Shown here: positions 23,101 through 35,299 of the stretch, one piece after another
Numbering within the stretch: the first letter of the stretch is position 1
Layout of the letters: each line of letters opens with the position of its first letter
NCBI RefSeq assembly: GCF_002113885.1
Contig: NW_018480078.1
Span: 1,365,584-1,427,896 of the forward strand
Direction: 5' to 3'
Source: Mizuhopecten yessoensis
Taxonomy: Eukaryota
Length of the DNA stretch: 62,313 bases
Notes under the pieces: generated by a model
Databases searched by the model: none
What the model saw: the letters and a program-made list of their open reading frames with translations, nothing else
What the model was told of the DNA's origin: nothing
Translations under genes and position numbers: made by a program

Positions 23101-26100
23101 GATTTGAACCCTGGACTTTCGTTTGTTGCTATTTATTTGTTGTCCTTTAGGTCACTGTATGAGCAATATAGCAAACTGTTTGTTAGGATCAAATGATATA
23201 AATAATTTGGAAATAATAAAGAGATGATATGACAGATATGGGTCACTGAATTTGAAGTAAACTAGTGGCAGTATTAGGGAGCCCTAGATGTCTTTTGCCA
23301 CAAATCCCCCTATATTTACGTGACATTGAGCTGCAATATGATCAATACTGATGCAAACCTACATTGCTATATGTAATAGGTATGACCATTTGAAAAAAGA
23401 GGCATCCGACTATCAAGACGTTGAAGTCGACCGAACAGTGGAGCCTTGGAGGTCAGCAATAGAGACTGCACTGTCCGCTTACAGAGATCAACATTACAAA
23501 TATGGTGTGGTCAGTGTCTACGGAAGTGCACAAGGAGGAAGCATAACCATTATAGCCTGTATAGAGAGTCATCAGTTCCAGCCGAAAAATTTCTGGTAAA
23601 CAGTTTTTGTTCAGCAGAGGAAGGAACATTTTCATCTGTCTTCATTGTGTCAAACAATGATAGCTAATCAGTTAGGTCAACGTTTTTTTTTTTTATTTGT
23701 TAAAGTTAACTGTATATCACTTATGTTTTATATGAGTTGTGTATTCACATATGTCACAAACACATGTGTTTTCATATCTCTGATCAGCCTGATGTAATAT
23801 GAAGAAGTGGTATGTTTTTTTACCTAACTGGAGTTGGGACCGAGATCTAGTTTGAAATAATTTATTGGGGAAATTGTTTGATTTATTCAATTCATTCCTT
23901 TTGAATATGTATGATAAAAAGAAATTATGAAATTTGATCATTGTCAGCAGATGTCATATTTGAGTGTTTTATTCCCAAATAAGCACTGTAGGGTGTTAGC
24001 TCTGCATTTCTAGTTAATGAGGGAAATGTGAATCAGAACAAGATTGTGTTTAAATGTTGCAAGAACTTCATTTTTTAAATTTTCATTTTTTTGCCTTATA
24101 GGAATGGTAGATGGCGGTCCCAGTGGTCCTTGACCTTTCCTAGCTCTGGGGGTAAAGTTGACCTCACAGGGGTATTTAAAGTTCAGGTGGGTGAATTCAT
24201 AGAGCATGCAGTGAAAGGGTAACGCAGCCAGTCATAACTTGAAAAGTTCTGACTTTAAACTTCAGGGTCAAGGGACTTGTTGTTCAAGGGACAACTGGAA
24301 GCCCTTCCAGTTTTCCCTTGGCATTTTGTAATTTCAGAAGTCAAATACCATTTTCCCTGAAATTTTAAGTCAGAACTTTTCAAGTAGACCTGTCCTTTAA
24401 AACCTTAATAGTCAAAGCTCATTTTGGGGAGTCAAAAACATACTGTTGAGAGTATTTTGAAGGCCCTGATATTGACAGAAACAGAATCACAAGATCTTGT
24501 TATAAATATGTTGTATGTAGTAAAGTAAAAAGTTTGTCATGAGGATGTATATGTAACGAAACAAACTCGAATATACTGAAAGAACTAAAAATACATTTAA
24601 CAGTATTGGGTTGTTTCCCTTACTTTGCTAAATTGCTATGAAGTAACTGTTAGGTTAACTTCATATTTAGACATTATGTCATGATCCAGTCGTGTGAATG
24701 GGAAAAGTACAATAGTCAAAATCATGATTTGATATTTGCTTTTTTGCCTTAAAGTCTGAAACAATCCACATCTTGTCTTTTGTTCTATTCCTGAATTCTG
24801 TTGATGTTTACAAACAGGTACACTATTACGAAGATGGTAATGTACAACTAGTGAGCTCAAAGGAGGTTAAGAAGACGTTAAACGTGACGGTAGGTAGTGA
24901 TGAGTCCATCACTTCGTGTATTTACACTTAACACATCCTGAGGCTTTTTCCTATAGGCAGAAAAAATGCCACGTCTAAAATTTATTCAGTAATATATATT
25001 TGAAATGTATACATATTTGCCATAAAGTTGAGTATACCATTCCAAAACATAACCGATCCTCTGATTTCTTCTAATTCGATATAAAAAACCTGGAGATCTA
25101 GTGTCATAATATTATGTCTATAGTTTGTGGGATGAGAGACAATCAAGGCCCTTCCTTTAAACTATTGTTACCCACAAAAGACCCACAAAAGACATTCATG
25201 ATCACATGGGTACAATGTTTCAAAAAATTTAAGTAAGATACATTTTCTTAATAATAAAACAGTATGGGATCGTAATATTTGGCCTTTACATTGCTAGGCT
25301 ATAAAAATTGTTCCAGTTAGCAGAAGTCAAATGTGTTAAAATCTGCAAACACAATTTTTCTGATGAACCAAGAGGTATAGGATCATGGTATTCTGCCAGT
25401 ACATTGCCAGATAAATGGCTTTCACAAATGTATTCGAAAATATATAGTAAAGTAATTTTGAAACATTTCTTCTTACATGCTAGGAGACTTTAGATTATGA
25501 TATCCAGCCTGTGGCTTAATAGGGTAAAGGCTATAAGCTTTGAATAAAATCGTTTTAATTTGATTTTAAGTTTCACATGGGGTCAAGTATTATTGAATAG
25601 GTAATAGTTATAACAAGCCAGATGGACAACATGCAGGCCCCATGGTACTCTTGTTTACTTCCGATATTCTTGGCTCAAGCTTACTGTTTACTGATATTTT
25701 ACCATTAGATCCTGTATGACCATACAGTGTTGTTGGACCATTAAGATGTGTACTCTATGACAATCAAACAGTGATTTGTGTCTAGCAATTATTACTAGTA
25801 TGTAGCTCTGTCTCAAACATGTTTAATATTCCTTATAGTTTAATTGGAATTTTTCTGTTTAATGATCAAATACATGCATTGAAACTTCAATCTGCTGATG
25901 AATATAGTACTAGCGTTCATAAAAATGTTGTACTTAACAAGATAATTGCAGATTAATATATAACAGTTTCATTCTTTGTATTTTTTTCTCAGAATGAACA
26001 ACAAACAGCCAAGGATTTTATAAATTTGGTCCGAGACTCAGAACAGGAATATCAGGTTTGTTGCAGTTAACATCTGTGATGTTTTCCAAATCTACTTCAT

Positions 26101-26802
26101 TTAAAGAGGAATCATTTTTCATCTTATAGCATTTTATGTTTCTGTTTTAATAATTTTTTAGAAAAACTTTTTTTGTTAATATTCTTATCATTATATAATT
26201 CTTTTCCAAGTTGCTGACTATAGTTAATGAGATTATGTTCTTTAATTATTCAGTTGTTGACCTAAAGCTTGAAACGTATTTTGGGTCGACCCTATGGCTG
26301 AAACCAGTTAATTGATCTGTTTCACACTTATGAAGTTTGCCCAAGACAGTCAGATATTTGCTTTAGCAAGAAACATTGAAATCTGAAGTAATTTTTGACG
26401 GTAATATAACAATTATAACAGATTAATTGCTATGGAGTAGTTGGGTCCTGTTTAATTGGTAGAATTAATAAGAAAACTCTTGTTTCTGATTTTTTAATAC
26501 ACAAGATGACTTAACCTTTCACCACTGTAGACCATAATGGACTCATCCAGATCAATGCATGGTAGAGTCTACTCAAGTTACATAGCGGTGAAAGGGTTAA
26601 TATAATTTATGTAGTTTATTGTTTAATCAAACTTTCATTTTCTCACGTTTGACAGAACGCCATAGGTGAAAACTACCAGACGATGTCGGATACAACATTC
26701 AAAGCTCTTCGGAGACAGCTACCTGTAACAAGGGCAAAAATAGACTGGAACAAAATAGTTGGATATCAAATAGGAAGCCAAATATCCAAGAACAAGGCAT
26801 GA
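11105..26802 (+). CDS. CAPZA: F-actin capping protein subunit alpha, complete, 10 exons, 290 aa
   Basis: Exons 11105-11143, 15199-15262, 15718-15769, 21853-21916, 22601-22671, 23380-23595, 24102-24186, 24818-24889, 25993-26055 and 26656-26802 total 873 nt in one open frame. Hallmark motifs: [82 protein letters not shown]. Confidence 0.98.
15199..15262 (+). CDS. CAPZA: CAPZA exon 2
   Basis: [21 protein letters not shown]. Confidence 0.96.
15718..15769 (+). CDS. CAPZA: CAPZA exon 3
   Basis: [18 protein letters not shown]. Confidence 0.96.
15790..17178 (+). repeat. Tandem repeat, about 19 copies of a 70-81 bp unit
   Basis: Unit CATGTTGTATTT(CCTG)TACACTACAAGCTAGGGACAGCATTGGCTAGTATCTCATCAAACGATAGTCAGGGTC; starts about 20 nt after CAPZA exon 3. 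Confidence 0.95.
18259..21040. repeat. About 45-bp minisatellite array with (TA)n spacers and an inverted central block (18352-19371)
   Basis: Units (TA)n-GGAAGGCTAAT-[CATTCACCTCGGAGAT or TCTGACTAATCTTGTAT]-GGTTGTGAC; orientation flips twice. Confidence 0.95.
21547..21636 (+). mobile_element. Second tiny MITE family (further copies at 51036-51126 and 59518-59610)
   Basis: TIR CATTCACCCCTGAA...TTCAGGGGTGAAT, shared core CATAATGAACTATTC...AATTGGAAGAGTTCAAAT, TTAA-like flanks. Confidence 0.7.
21853..21916 (+). CDS. CAPZA: CAPZA exon 4
   Basis: [21 protein letters not shown]. Confidence 0.96.
22601..22671 (+). CDS. CAPZA: CAPZA exon 5
   Basis: [24 protein letters not shown]. Confidence 0.95.
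22999..23081 (+). mobile_element. 83-bp TTAA-flanked MITE, copy 2
   Basis: Same ends and internal sequence as 7052-7134. Confidence 0.8.
23380..23595 (+). CDS. CAPZA: CAPZA exon 6
   Basis: [10 protein letters not shown]...[16 protein letters not shown]. Confidence 0.96.
24102..24186 (+). CDS. CAPZA: CAPZA exon 7
   Basis: [28 protein letters not shown]. Confidence 0.96.
24237..24385. mobile_element. Foldback MITE in CAPZA intron 7
   Basis: About 31-bp TIR ACTTGAAAAGTTCTGACTTTAAACTTCAGGG / CCCTGAAATTTTAAGTCAGAACTTTTCAAGT. Confidence 0.7.
24818..24889 (+). CDS. CAPZA: CAPZA exon 8
   Basis: [24 protein letters not shown]. Confidence 0.96.
25140..25655 (+). mobile_element. Decayed HINE-like fragment in CAPZA intron 8
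   Basis: Ends CAGGCCCCATGGTACTCTTGTT, similar to the family 3' terminus. Confidence 0.45.
25993..26055 (+). CDS. CAPZA: CAPZA exon 9
   Basis: [21 protein letters not shown]. Confidence 0.95.
26515..26596 (-). mobile_element. 82-bp TTAA-flanked MITE, copy 3 (inverted)
   Basis: Reverse complement of the same family; TTAA on both sides. Confidence 0.8.
26656..26802 (+). CDS. CAPZA: CAPZA exon 10 (to TGA)
   Basis: [48 protein letters not shown]. Confidence 0.96.
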   Translation, partial: NAIGENYQTMSDTTFKALRRQLPVTRAKIDWNKIVGYQIGSQISKNKA

Positions 26803-27298
26803 GACCTGTGAGCTTCTGTGGTCTGATATGTGCTTAGTGGAAACAAAAATGGCTGAACAAAAGGGACAGGACTGCGAGGACGTCAGCTGTATATCAAGGC
26901 TTGCCAGACAGAGAAATGGAGGTTACACTGGTATGTCAGGATCCTGGCCGTGGGCGCACGAAAACCTTTCCGAATCGTTTAGATAATTGGCAAGACCAGC
27001 TTACTCGAGAATTCTTCACTACTGTGATATTTAATTTGTACTGATTCTTCATGAATGCATATTTGTATTACATAAGCAATGTCGCCCTAAAAAATATCCT
27101 ATCTAAGAATGACTGGAACAGAATGATGTTAAGATTTATTCACTTTTTGGGAATTTATTTATCGTTTAGGGACAACTATGGATAAAAGTTGAACAAATTT
27201 GCACTGTTGATAATTTTACGATATGATGTCTGGGCATATGATGCAACTCAAGTGCAATTTATAGGATTTAATGTCATTTACACACATATTATACAGAG

Positions 27299-27397
27299 CA
27301 TTAAATCTTGGAGAATTTCAATTAAAAGTCATTTGAAATTAGAATGCCATTAAATCTTGGAGAATTTCTATTAAAAGTCATTTGAAATTAGAATGCC
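27299..27397 (+). repeat. 49-bp direct duplication in the probable CAPZA 3' UTR
   Basis: CATTAAATCTTGGAGAATTTC.ATTAAAAGTCATTTGAAATTAGAATGC x2. Confidence 0.85.
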
Positions 27398-30087
27398 CTC
27401 TCAAACCAGATGAGGGTACGTCTGTTTCAATTAATCTTGCTTACAAATTGATAAAGATACTTTATTTTCTTCTTTTTTGGAGACCTCTCCTTCAGATGAA
27501 CACTATGTAATTTTTGTTTAACGTTTGACCCTTTAACTTTAGCTAACCTTAATACCCTCCGTGACTTGAACTTTAGCTATAACCTTAATACCCACTAGTG
27601 AGCACTTGTTTGATTTTATTCAGCCTTTGCTCTTTAATTTAATAATTAGTATTTACACTATCCAAACTCATTCTTTGAGATTAATTTTCATTTCCTTAAA
27701 AGTGTTTCCACATAAACGTTTCTGTGTTGAGTTCTTTCTAACACAGCGACGTGTTGACTATGTACAGATATAATCTAGATACAATCATTTTTGATAGGCC
27801 AGGCAATGTATAGTGTGAATCTTGCTGTTTCCTGTACAAGGTCAGAGGGCAAAGACGTCAAATTCAAATTTAACTTCAAATTTGACTGTTAAAAATCATA
27901 CAGAAAGTTATGATATGCAAGTTATTTCTGTCAAAACAAAATGGTGCGTTGAGAGAAACAGATTTGTGCTGCTCCAAATTATTGTAATATATATGAATGA
28001 ATTGATAATCACAACTTCATACTTCGAAATCCTGTATTCTATTCTTTTATGTAAAAAAATAAATCTATTTAAAATGACAAAACAATCTGTTCTCACTTGT
28101 GCTGCTTAAATTATCCAAAATATATCAGGAAATTTTGTCAGTATTCAATTATCATATACATTGAAATTTATTTTAAGGTTTAAAATCCATGTTTAAAAAC
28201 TTTTGTAACAGTACTAGTGTGAGTATAGGACACCGGCCAGACTATTAATTTGTCTCCAGAATTTTTTATAGTGGAATCTTTTTAGTACAGACAGCTTTTT
28301 CAGATGCTAGTTTTAAATCATATCAATTACAAAATAACGGAGAAGAACCAGCTGAATTTATCTGTCAGAAATCTTCAGATTTTCTGCACTAACAAGATTC
28401 ACCTGTATTAAATTAATATGTTTGTACTAGATTGATTACTCTTACCAGATTACTCTGCATGTTAATCCAAATCTAATTATATAAAAAGAAAAAGATATAT
28501 TGTACAAACTGCTATTTTTGTATGTTTTGTTTTAAAGGAACGAGACCTTAGTAAAGACACTTAATGACTACTCGACTCGTTACCTTAATAGGTGTCATTA
28601 TTGTTTAATTACCAAATATGGAACAGGTTCCTCTCTACCTGTATCCTGTTGAAATTTCCCCTTGCATGCAGTACAAAATATCATTCCAGATCTATTAACA
28701 CAGGTATTTAAGGACTTATATCTCAAGTTAATATGTTGCCAGAATATAGGATATATTTTCTCATCACTAGTACGTAACATGAAAACCAACACGGGGTCCC
28801 CGTCTATATGAAAGTTTGATGTGTATTGAATCATGGCACATTTCTGATCAGGGACGGTTTATTCAAAGCATCCATAGCTAATACCTATAAACAAAGAATG
28901 TTTACTCCATGTAGAGCTAAGTGTTAATCAGGATATAAGAGACAATTTAAAATGTTGAATATATAAAAATATTAAAGTTATCTTTTTTTGTATACATCAA
29001 TATTTTCATTTGGGTCATGAATAATCTCCCTTGCATTGACAAAAACAAAGCGGTAAAATATTAAAAGGTTTTTATGCTGATTTTCAGAGAGACTGATTTC
29101 ACTGTATTAACTGAGGGTATTTTAAACATTTTGTCCCTTCATGTATGTATTGTTGACTAGCAGTTAGACGACTGTTTAGTGGGTATGAGTTTATTTAGAT
29201 GTATATGTCGGTGGTAATCTCGTTCACCATTGTGGAGTGACGAGACGACGGCTGAGAGAGAAACCTATACTTGCCACGCGTGGTTAGATGTTTATGCCTG
29301 GCATGCAGGTTGAACAGGTTAAACAGAATTAGTTAAGTACTACTCATGTTCTTGCTGGGCAATTAGTCTTCGTTTTATGGCAATTAGTAATTGTACTATC
29401 ATAAAATCGGTTTGTGAATGGCGTTCTTTTATGTTTAAATTTTTGCAACATCGAACACATTACGCAAAATTAGTTCTAAAGACAGCACTATCACAATTTG
29501 TAAATTAAAATCCGAATTTGTCTCTGAAATGCCATCATTTGATTTACAATTTAATAATACCTCAGTTATGATGTAGAATGGGAATATGTAATTTTCTTTA
29601 ATATGGATGCAGTTAAATCTTGATTTGTTTTAATGCTATTTCGTTTGACACTTTACTGGCTGTATGTAAGAACATGAAGTCAGCTATTTGGATTTATTTA
29701 ATAACTTTGGCTAAAAACAATTCTGCGATGACATACCTGCTAGTACTAACTACACATTAAACTAGGGGAGAGTAAGAGGCATTCACTCAAGTGGTGGTAA
29801 TTACTGTTATTAGGTCTGTAAAGGATACCTAGTGTATTTAAGACTTCAGCAATGTAAATCTTTTTAATAAATATACAACAAAATATATCTTGTACATTGT
29901 GTTGTTTTTTCTTTCACTGTTAAGGTGAAAAGAAATACAGGATCATATAAAATGATATCCTGTTGACTGCCATATACTTTTTACGAGTTTTGCAGAATAC
30001 TGATATTTTCCACCAGCGCTTTGTTACATTCTGCCATAGGCCTACAAGTAAAATATACTTGACTATTTGGCATTCAACTAGAAGACC

Positions 30088-31169
30088 TTTAAGTTCTGAA
30101 AGACCAAGATGAGCTTATGCCTACCGTTGCATCCGTCGTCCGTCCGTCAACAATTTCTTCAAACAATTTCTTCATAACCACTGATGGGAATTTAAGTAAA
30201 TTTGACTGGTACCATCCCTAGGTTGTGGGGATTCAAAATTGTACATATGGTGGGGCTGAGGGGCGGGGCCAAAGGGGGCGATTTGGCTATATTGCTATAA
30301 ACCACTTCTTCTCTAGTACTTAGCACTGGTTATCAATCATATTTGGTTGGAAGCATCCATGGGAGGTGGGGATTCAAAAGTGTACAAATGGTAGGGCTGC
30401 CACCCCCCAGGGGCTGAAGTGAAGGCCAAAAAGGATAATTTGGCTATATTGCTTTACGTGACTTCTTCTTCTCTGGAAGTAAGCGATGGATTTCAACCAT
30501 ATTTCACTGGTGGAGTCCCTAGGTGGTGGTTTAAAATTGTACAAATGATGGGGCTGACACCCTTTAGTGATGGATATCAACCATATTTGACTGGAAGCAC
30601 CCCTAGGTGGTGGGCATTCAAAATTGTACAAGTGGTTGGGTTGACACCCCAGGGAACTGAATGCTGGGGGCCGAAAAGGGTAATTTAGCTATTTTGCTTT
30701 AAGCGACTTCTATTTAACTTTGTGATGGATATTGACTTTATTTTGTTGGAAGCATCCCTAGGTGGGTGGGGATTAACAATTGTACAAATGGACAGGCTGC
30801 CCTCTCCAAGCTAAAGGGTGGGGCCACAAATAATTTATTACTTCGAAATGGTTGAGAACCCCACCCAATAACCATATATACAATTGCTTAGTATAAGGAG
30901 TTTTAATGCACATTTGCTTCCATAATGGCGCTGGGGTCTCGCCCCACCCTTGGAGACTTAGTCCCAGGGTCATTACTTTGAAACGGTTGAGATCCCCACC
31001 CGATAACCATACATGTATACACTTGCTGGGCATGAAAAATCTAATGCAGATATGCTACAAGGATTGGCCTTGGGGTCTTGCCCTATCCCTGGGATCTTAT
31101 TTGGAGAACATTTTGCCATGATTGCTTAGATATCAAGGTGGGCGATACAGGCCCTCTAGGCCACTTGTT
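30088..31169 (+). mobile_element. HINE-like element, same family as 44616-46538
   Basis: GATGAGCTTATGC..CCGTCGTCCGTCCGTC; internal degenerate repeats; the last ~150 bp nearly match 46390-46538. Confidence 0.75.
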
Positions 31170-31359
31170 ATAATTTAGGCTCTGCCAAAAAGTGTTGTCT
31201 AAACGTTTTTAGTTAGGTTGGTAGAGGGTCAGGGCCTGCAGGGGTATAAGATAATACAGGAAGCAAATCTGGGCTAAAGGAAACAATGGAGAAATAATGG
31301 TTTATTTTAGGGACAATTACATAATCAGACATAATTTACAGGTATAGGTTTATTTAATG

Positions 31360-32700
31360 TCATCTGTCTTCTCTTCTGTTGAATTTCGATTCCTCTTATG
31401 GCTTGACAAGTGAATTCCGTTTAGGCTTCAATGAACACAGCACTAGCGAACGTTGGATCTCATTCTTCCGTGTACCAGTTTATTGTTAGTGTAGACCTCT
31501 CTGCTGAAACATGGTTAAAAGACATTTAAACATAATTAGATGTGAAACATTCCAAGGCTTAGGTAATTCACGGTCTAGTCTTGAATGAAATCTGATAAAA
31601 GTTAACATACCTGGAATGAAACTTTGACAAAATCACTTCAGACATTTTACATGGTTCATTGTAGGTGACAACGTTGTAAGCGTTGCTTCGCTTCTTTGAG
31701 GTGCCCCTTAATGTATTCGGCTTCCGGTTTGCGTTTGGATGCTGATTTGGAACTCATATTGTTGTTACTGTTTAGCGTAGCCTGAATAGTGCGAGTTTAT
31801 GGACATATTGGTCAGCAGTGATCACCAGTTCATGTCCGACAAGTTGGCCGATATCATTTGGAATGTGAATTTCAAGATACTGACGACTTCTGTCAAAGAT
31901 TATGCCAGACAATGAACAAAACGAAAATAAAAGCTAAATTAATTTCACTTTCAGAGTGTGTAAAATCAATCTGGTCAATCATTCAGAAAAAAAGCAGCAG
32001 CTTGGAATTAAAAATGAAAACACAAGTCTTTTCCCGACCCAGATGTCGAAACCATACTCGACTCATCTAGCTTATCAAGCTTCTGTACATGACAGTACTT
32101 CCGAATGCTTTTTAATAAGAAGGGTATGGAGCTTCCGAGTTGATATTGGTTTCAGAAACTTTACAAGAATCCTTATTGTCAACTTTATTTTCGCTGCCTC
32201 TGCCATGCAGTTGCTGGACCAACGATTATCCAAACTTTTTGCTTCTAGTACCATTCTTGTAACCATTTAATCAGGGTTACAGTGGTATTGGGATACTGCA
32301 TATCATAGATAAGGGATTTTATGGAATGTGGATTTTGAAAACTCAAAAAGTCTTTTTGATCAATCTTGGTCTCCTTCTTAAAAGTTTCATCTGTCAGATC
32401 ATCATATCTAACACCAAGTAGAAGGAACGTAATCGGTCTGTTATACAGGAGAATTTCTTTTAAAAGAAAAGTCAACGACGATATTAATGCATGAATTTAA
32501 GCTTTCTGATGAAGCATGTTTTGCATAAAATAAATATCGAAGTCTCAGAAGAGATACGGGTATAGATAGAAGATTTTCGAGCAGACTGTGGCATTCTTAT
32601 GGGGCAAACTGTGCCCCTCTTCTGGTTGAGGTTGAATTTATCGAAGATCCTTTCAGACCTGGTAATAATTTTCTTTGTTAACTCCTCGATGTTCACTTTC
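31360..32700 (-). pseudogene. Decayed coding-like sequence of unknown family
   Basis: Chain of overlapping short ORFs with protein-like composition, broken by stops and frameshifts; an apparent intron at about 31504-31611 (CAG/GTATGT...TTTCAG); abuts the Penelope fragment. Confidence 0.35.
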
Positions 32701-33030
32701 AGATATATCGACTATACCTCCTTAACTTGAAATCAAGAACAATAAAGCCTCGCCATTTCCCTTGATCTTTACCAACATGGCCAACAGGGACGGCTTACTA
32801 ACAAACAGTATGATAAGCGGGGCGATTTTCCGATCGTGAGTTTTCCTTGTCGTTATAGAAACCTCGCCGTTCCACCAGTTAACGTTGGTAACATGTCGCA
32901 ATTGATACGTTATTCAAGAGCTTGCTCTGAATATCATGCAATCTGCGACAGATACCGCCTGCTGACGGACAGTTGTATGACACAGATATTCGAGAGATGC
33001 AGATTGATGAAGACAATAGGCTTATCAACT
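32700..33030 (+). mobile_element. Penelope-like retroelement RT fragment (decayed)
   Basis: LEIK...LDLY..GRLTNKQYDKRGDFPIVSFP...MSQLIRYSRACSEY matches the PLE RT C-terminal pattern LDL..TKLYDKRDDF.F.IVNFP..ISQLIRYARACS. Confidence 0.8.
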
Positions 33031-35299
33031 AGTCAACATTATACTATTTTATTTCTTTGTGTGATATGAAAATCGACGCTTTCAATTATGCATATTGATC
33101 CTTATTAGTTTGCCTTGTTGTTTCGTTTTCACTTCCCCGGTCGTTATTTTGAGATCATGACCTGACTTGTCTTCGATTTATTATTTCTAGAATCACATAT
33201 TTTGTTGACACTAAGTGATATTATCCTGTTGTTTTATTGTCCCAACAAAAACTGTTCTCCTTTTCAATCAATTTCCCACAATTACCCCCCAAGGCCTCTA
33301 CATGTTGATTTTAATCCAACTTGGTGTTGGAGCTCCCGGCCAAAATATCAATAAAAGATCCAGTTCTTATTATCTACTGTCAAATAGATCGTAGAGTTAA
33401 TGTCTGAAATTCGTTAGCATTTGAATATACATAATGTTTTGTATAGGTATAAACTGAGTCCGCCTTGAGTAATGAAGCAGCGCATGTGTTTCAGGTACAA
33501 ACTGAATAAATGCATAATTAAAGAGTTCATGTAAATGGAGTCCGTATCTATTTCAATGTTATTCGCAGTCAGTGCACTAGAATTAAAAATAAAAGACCAG
33601 CTTACAACCTTGCATGTCACCGGCTATCTTTTCTTACCACGGTTTTTAGACCAATATATGTGTATATGTATTAGTACTGTATGTAGAGTATGTGGATATA
33701 CTCCGGCAGTAGTGCGTATCAAACCCGGTGCTATTTAAAAAAACCAGATACTATTTACATCCTCGATTTCCAAGGGTTATACCTACTTACGTTCTTTGCA
33801 TACAGCTAGCTTATTGATTGGTTTCAGGTAAAATAACCCTTCAAGTCCATTGGGAATTTCTGTATGTCGGAGATATTGCTTTTAAAGGGGTCATACCGTT
33901 TATTTTAGAACTGGCAACAACTCCCAATTTCTTCTCATTTGAGAACGAACAGGGGAATTTGACATGATCATGTTTTGTAAAAATGTAAGTTATTTCGCTC
34001 GTTTTGTTCAGTTTTGTTTTTTAATTGCGATATTCCTCGCTACAGAGTCATGTCTTTTTGAACAAAGGCCATACAAAATTGATTTAAATGCAACCTGATA
34101 GGTTTTTTTATGTTGTGCAGCAAAATACGATATCGCAGCACTGTAATAGATACTAAAGTAGGTGGCTTTATAGATTAGAATGGAGCTCATCGTGGTGCTA
34201 TATACACAGTGTTATCTTTGCAAAATTTGTATGCATATTGTGCAGTGTGCACTATCCTATCGTACCAGTAAACATTTCGCAGAAATTGTATACTGGCCTA
34301 CATTTATAACATTCTAAGAATAGAGTGGCATAGGGTATACTCTTCCTACTGGCTGGATTATAACCTCCCAGATATGTGAGTATGTATTGATTTAGATTTA
34401 TGTTTTAATACCGAATGTCATATTATTTCGTTAAGTAAGGTTTTCTTTTACGTCATTAAGTTAATGTGTGACGAACGATACTGACTTAAATCATGTAAAT
34501 AAAGCAATTCACGCACTGAGTTTCTCTCCTTCTTGCTTAGTCTATTCGGTGATGTCTTTAAAAGCGCCTGTGGCTCGCCAGTTGTCAAAATAACTTGGCC
34601 GTTTGATTGTAATACTACAATGTCCAGTCAATGATACTGAAGTGTATTAGTTGTCACTCAGTGTCCCAAACATATTCGGACAACGTTTTTATATGACTTT
34701 AGTCGTTGCCACGGCGCAAAACCCTAAACAAACACATACACGGCTTAGAATATACATGTTACAATTCACCAAAATCAATATATAAACTCCATTAATTTTA
34801 AACAAAAGGAACTATTTAAGAACCATAAATAAGGAAACTGTTTATTTAAAATTCAAACTATAATGTTTACATGCTAATAATAAGAATATACCACGACTAT
34901 AATGTACAATGTTACATTTAGTTAACATACGGTACGTGAACAGACATTCTTTATCTATATTCAAAGGCTCAGTTAGGACCTTTTTAAAATGTAGTCTGAC
35001 CCACGAAAGGGGTCGCCGCCGACAGGTTGATCTGGGCTACACTCGTAGCTCGATATGGCTGCTATGTGTGTACCTGTGCAATCATTCCGTTGCACAGGTA
35101 AAAACGACAAATGTATATACACGTACGCAATGTCACGTGGTGACAATAGTGTTGTGCAGAGCTGAAACGTAAATCTTCAATAACTTCGATTGGATATGAA
35201 AATGAAACCTTTTGTTTGTATATCATTAAGTAATTAGCCAGAGTGAGAGATAACTGTTTCTTTATGATATTATATATACATATTTTTAAAAATTTAAAT

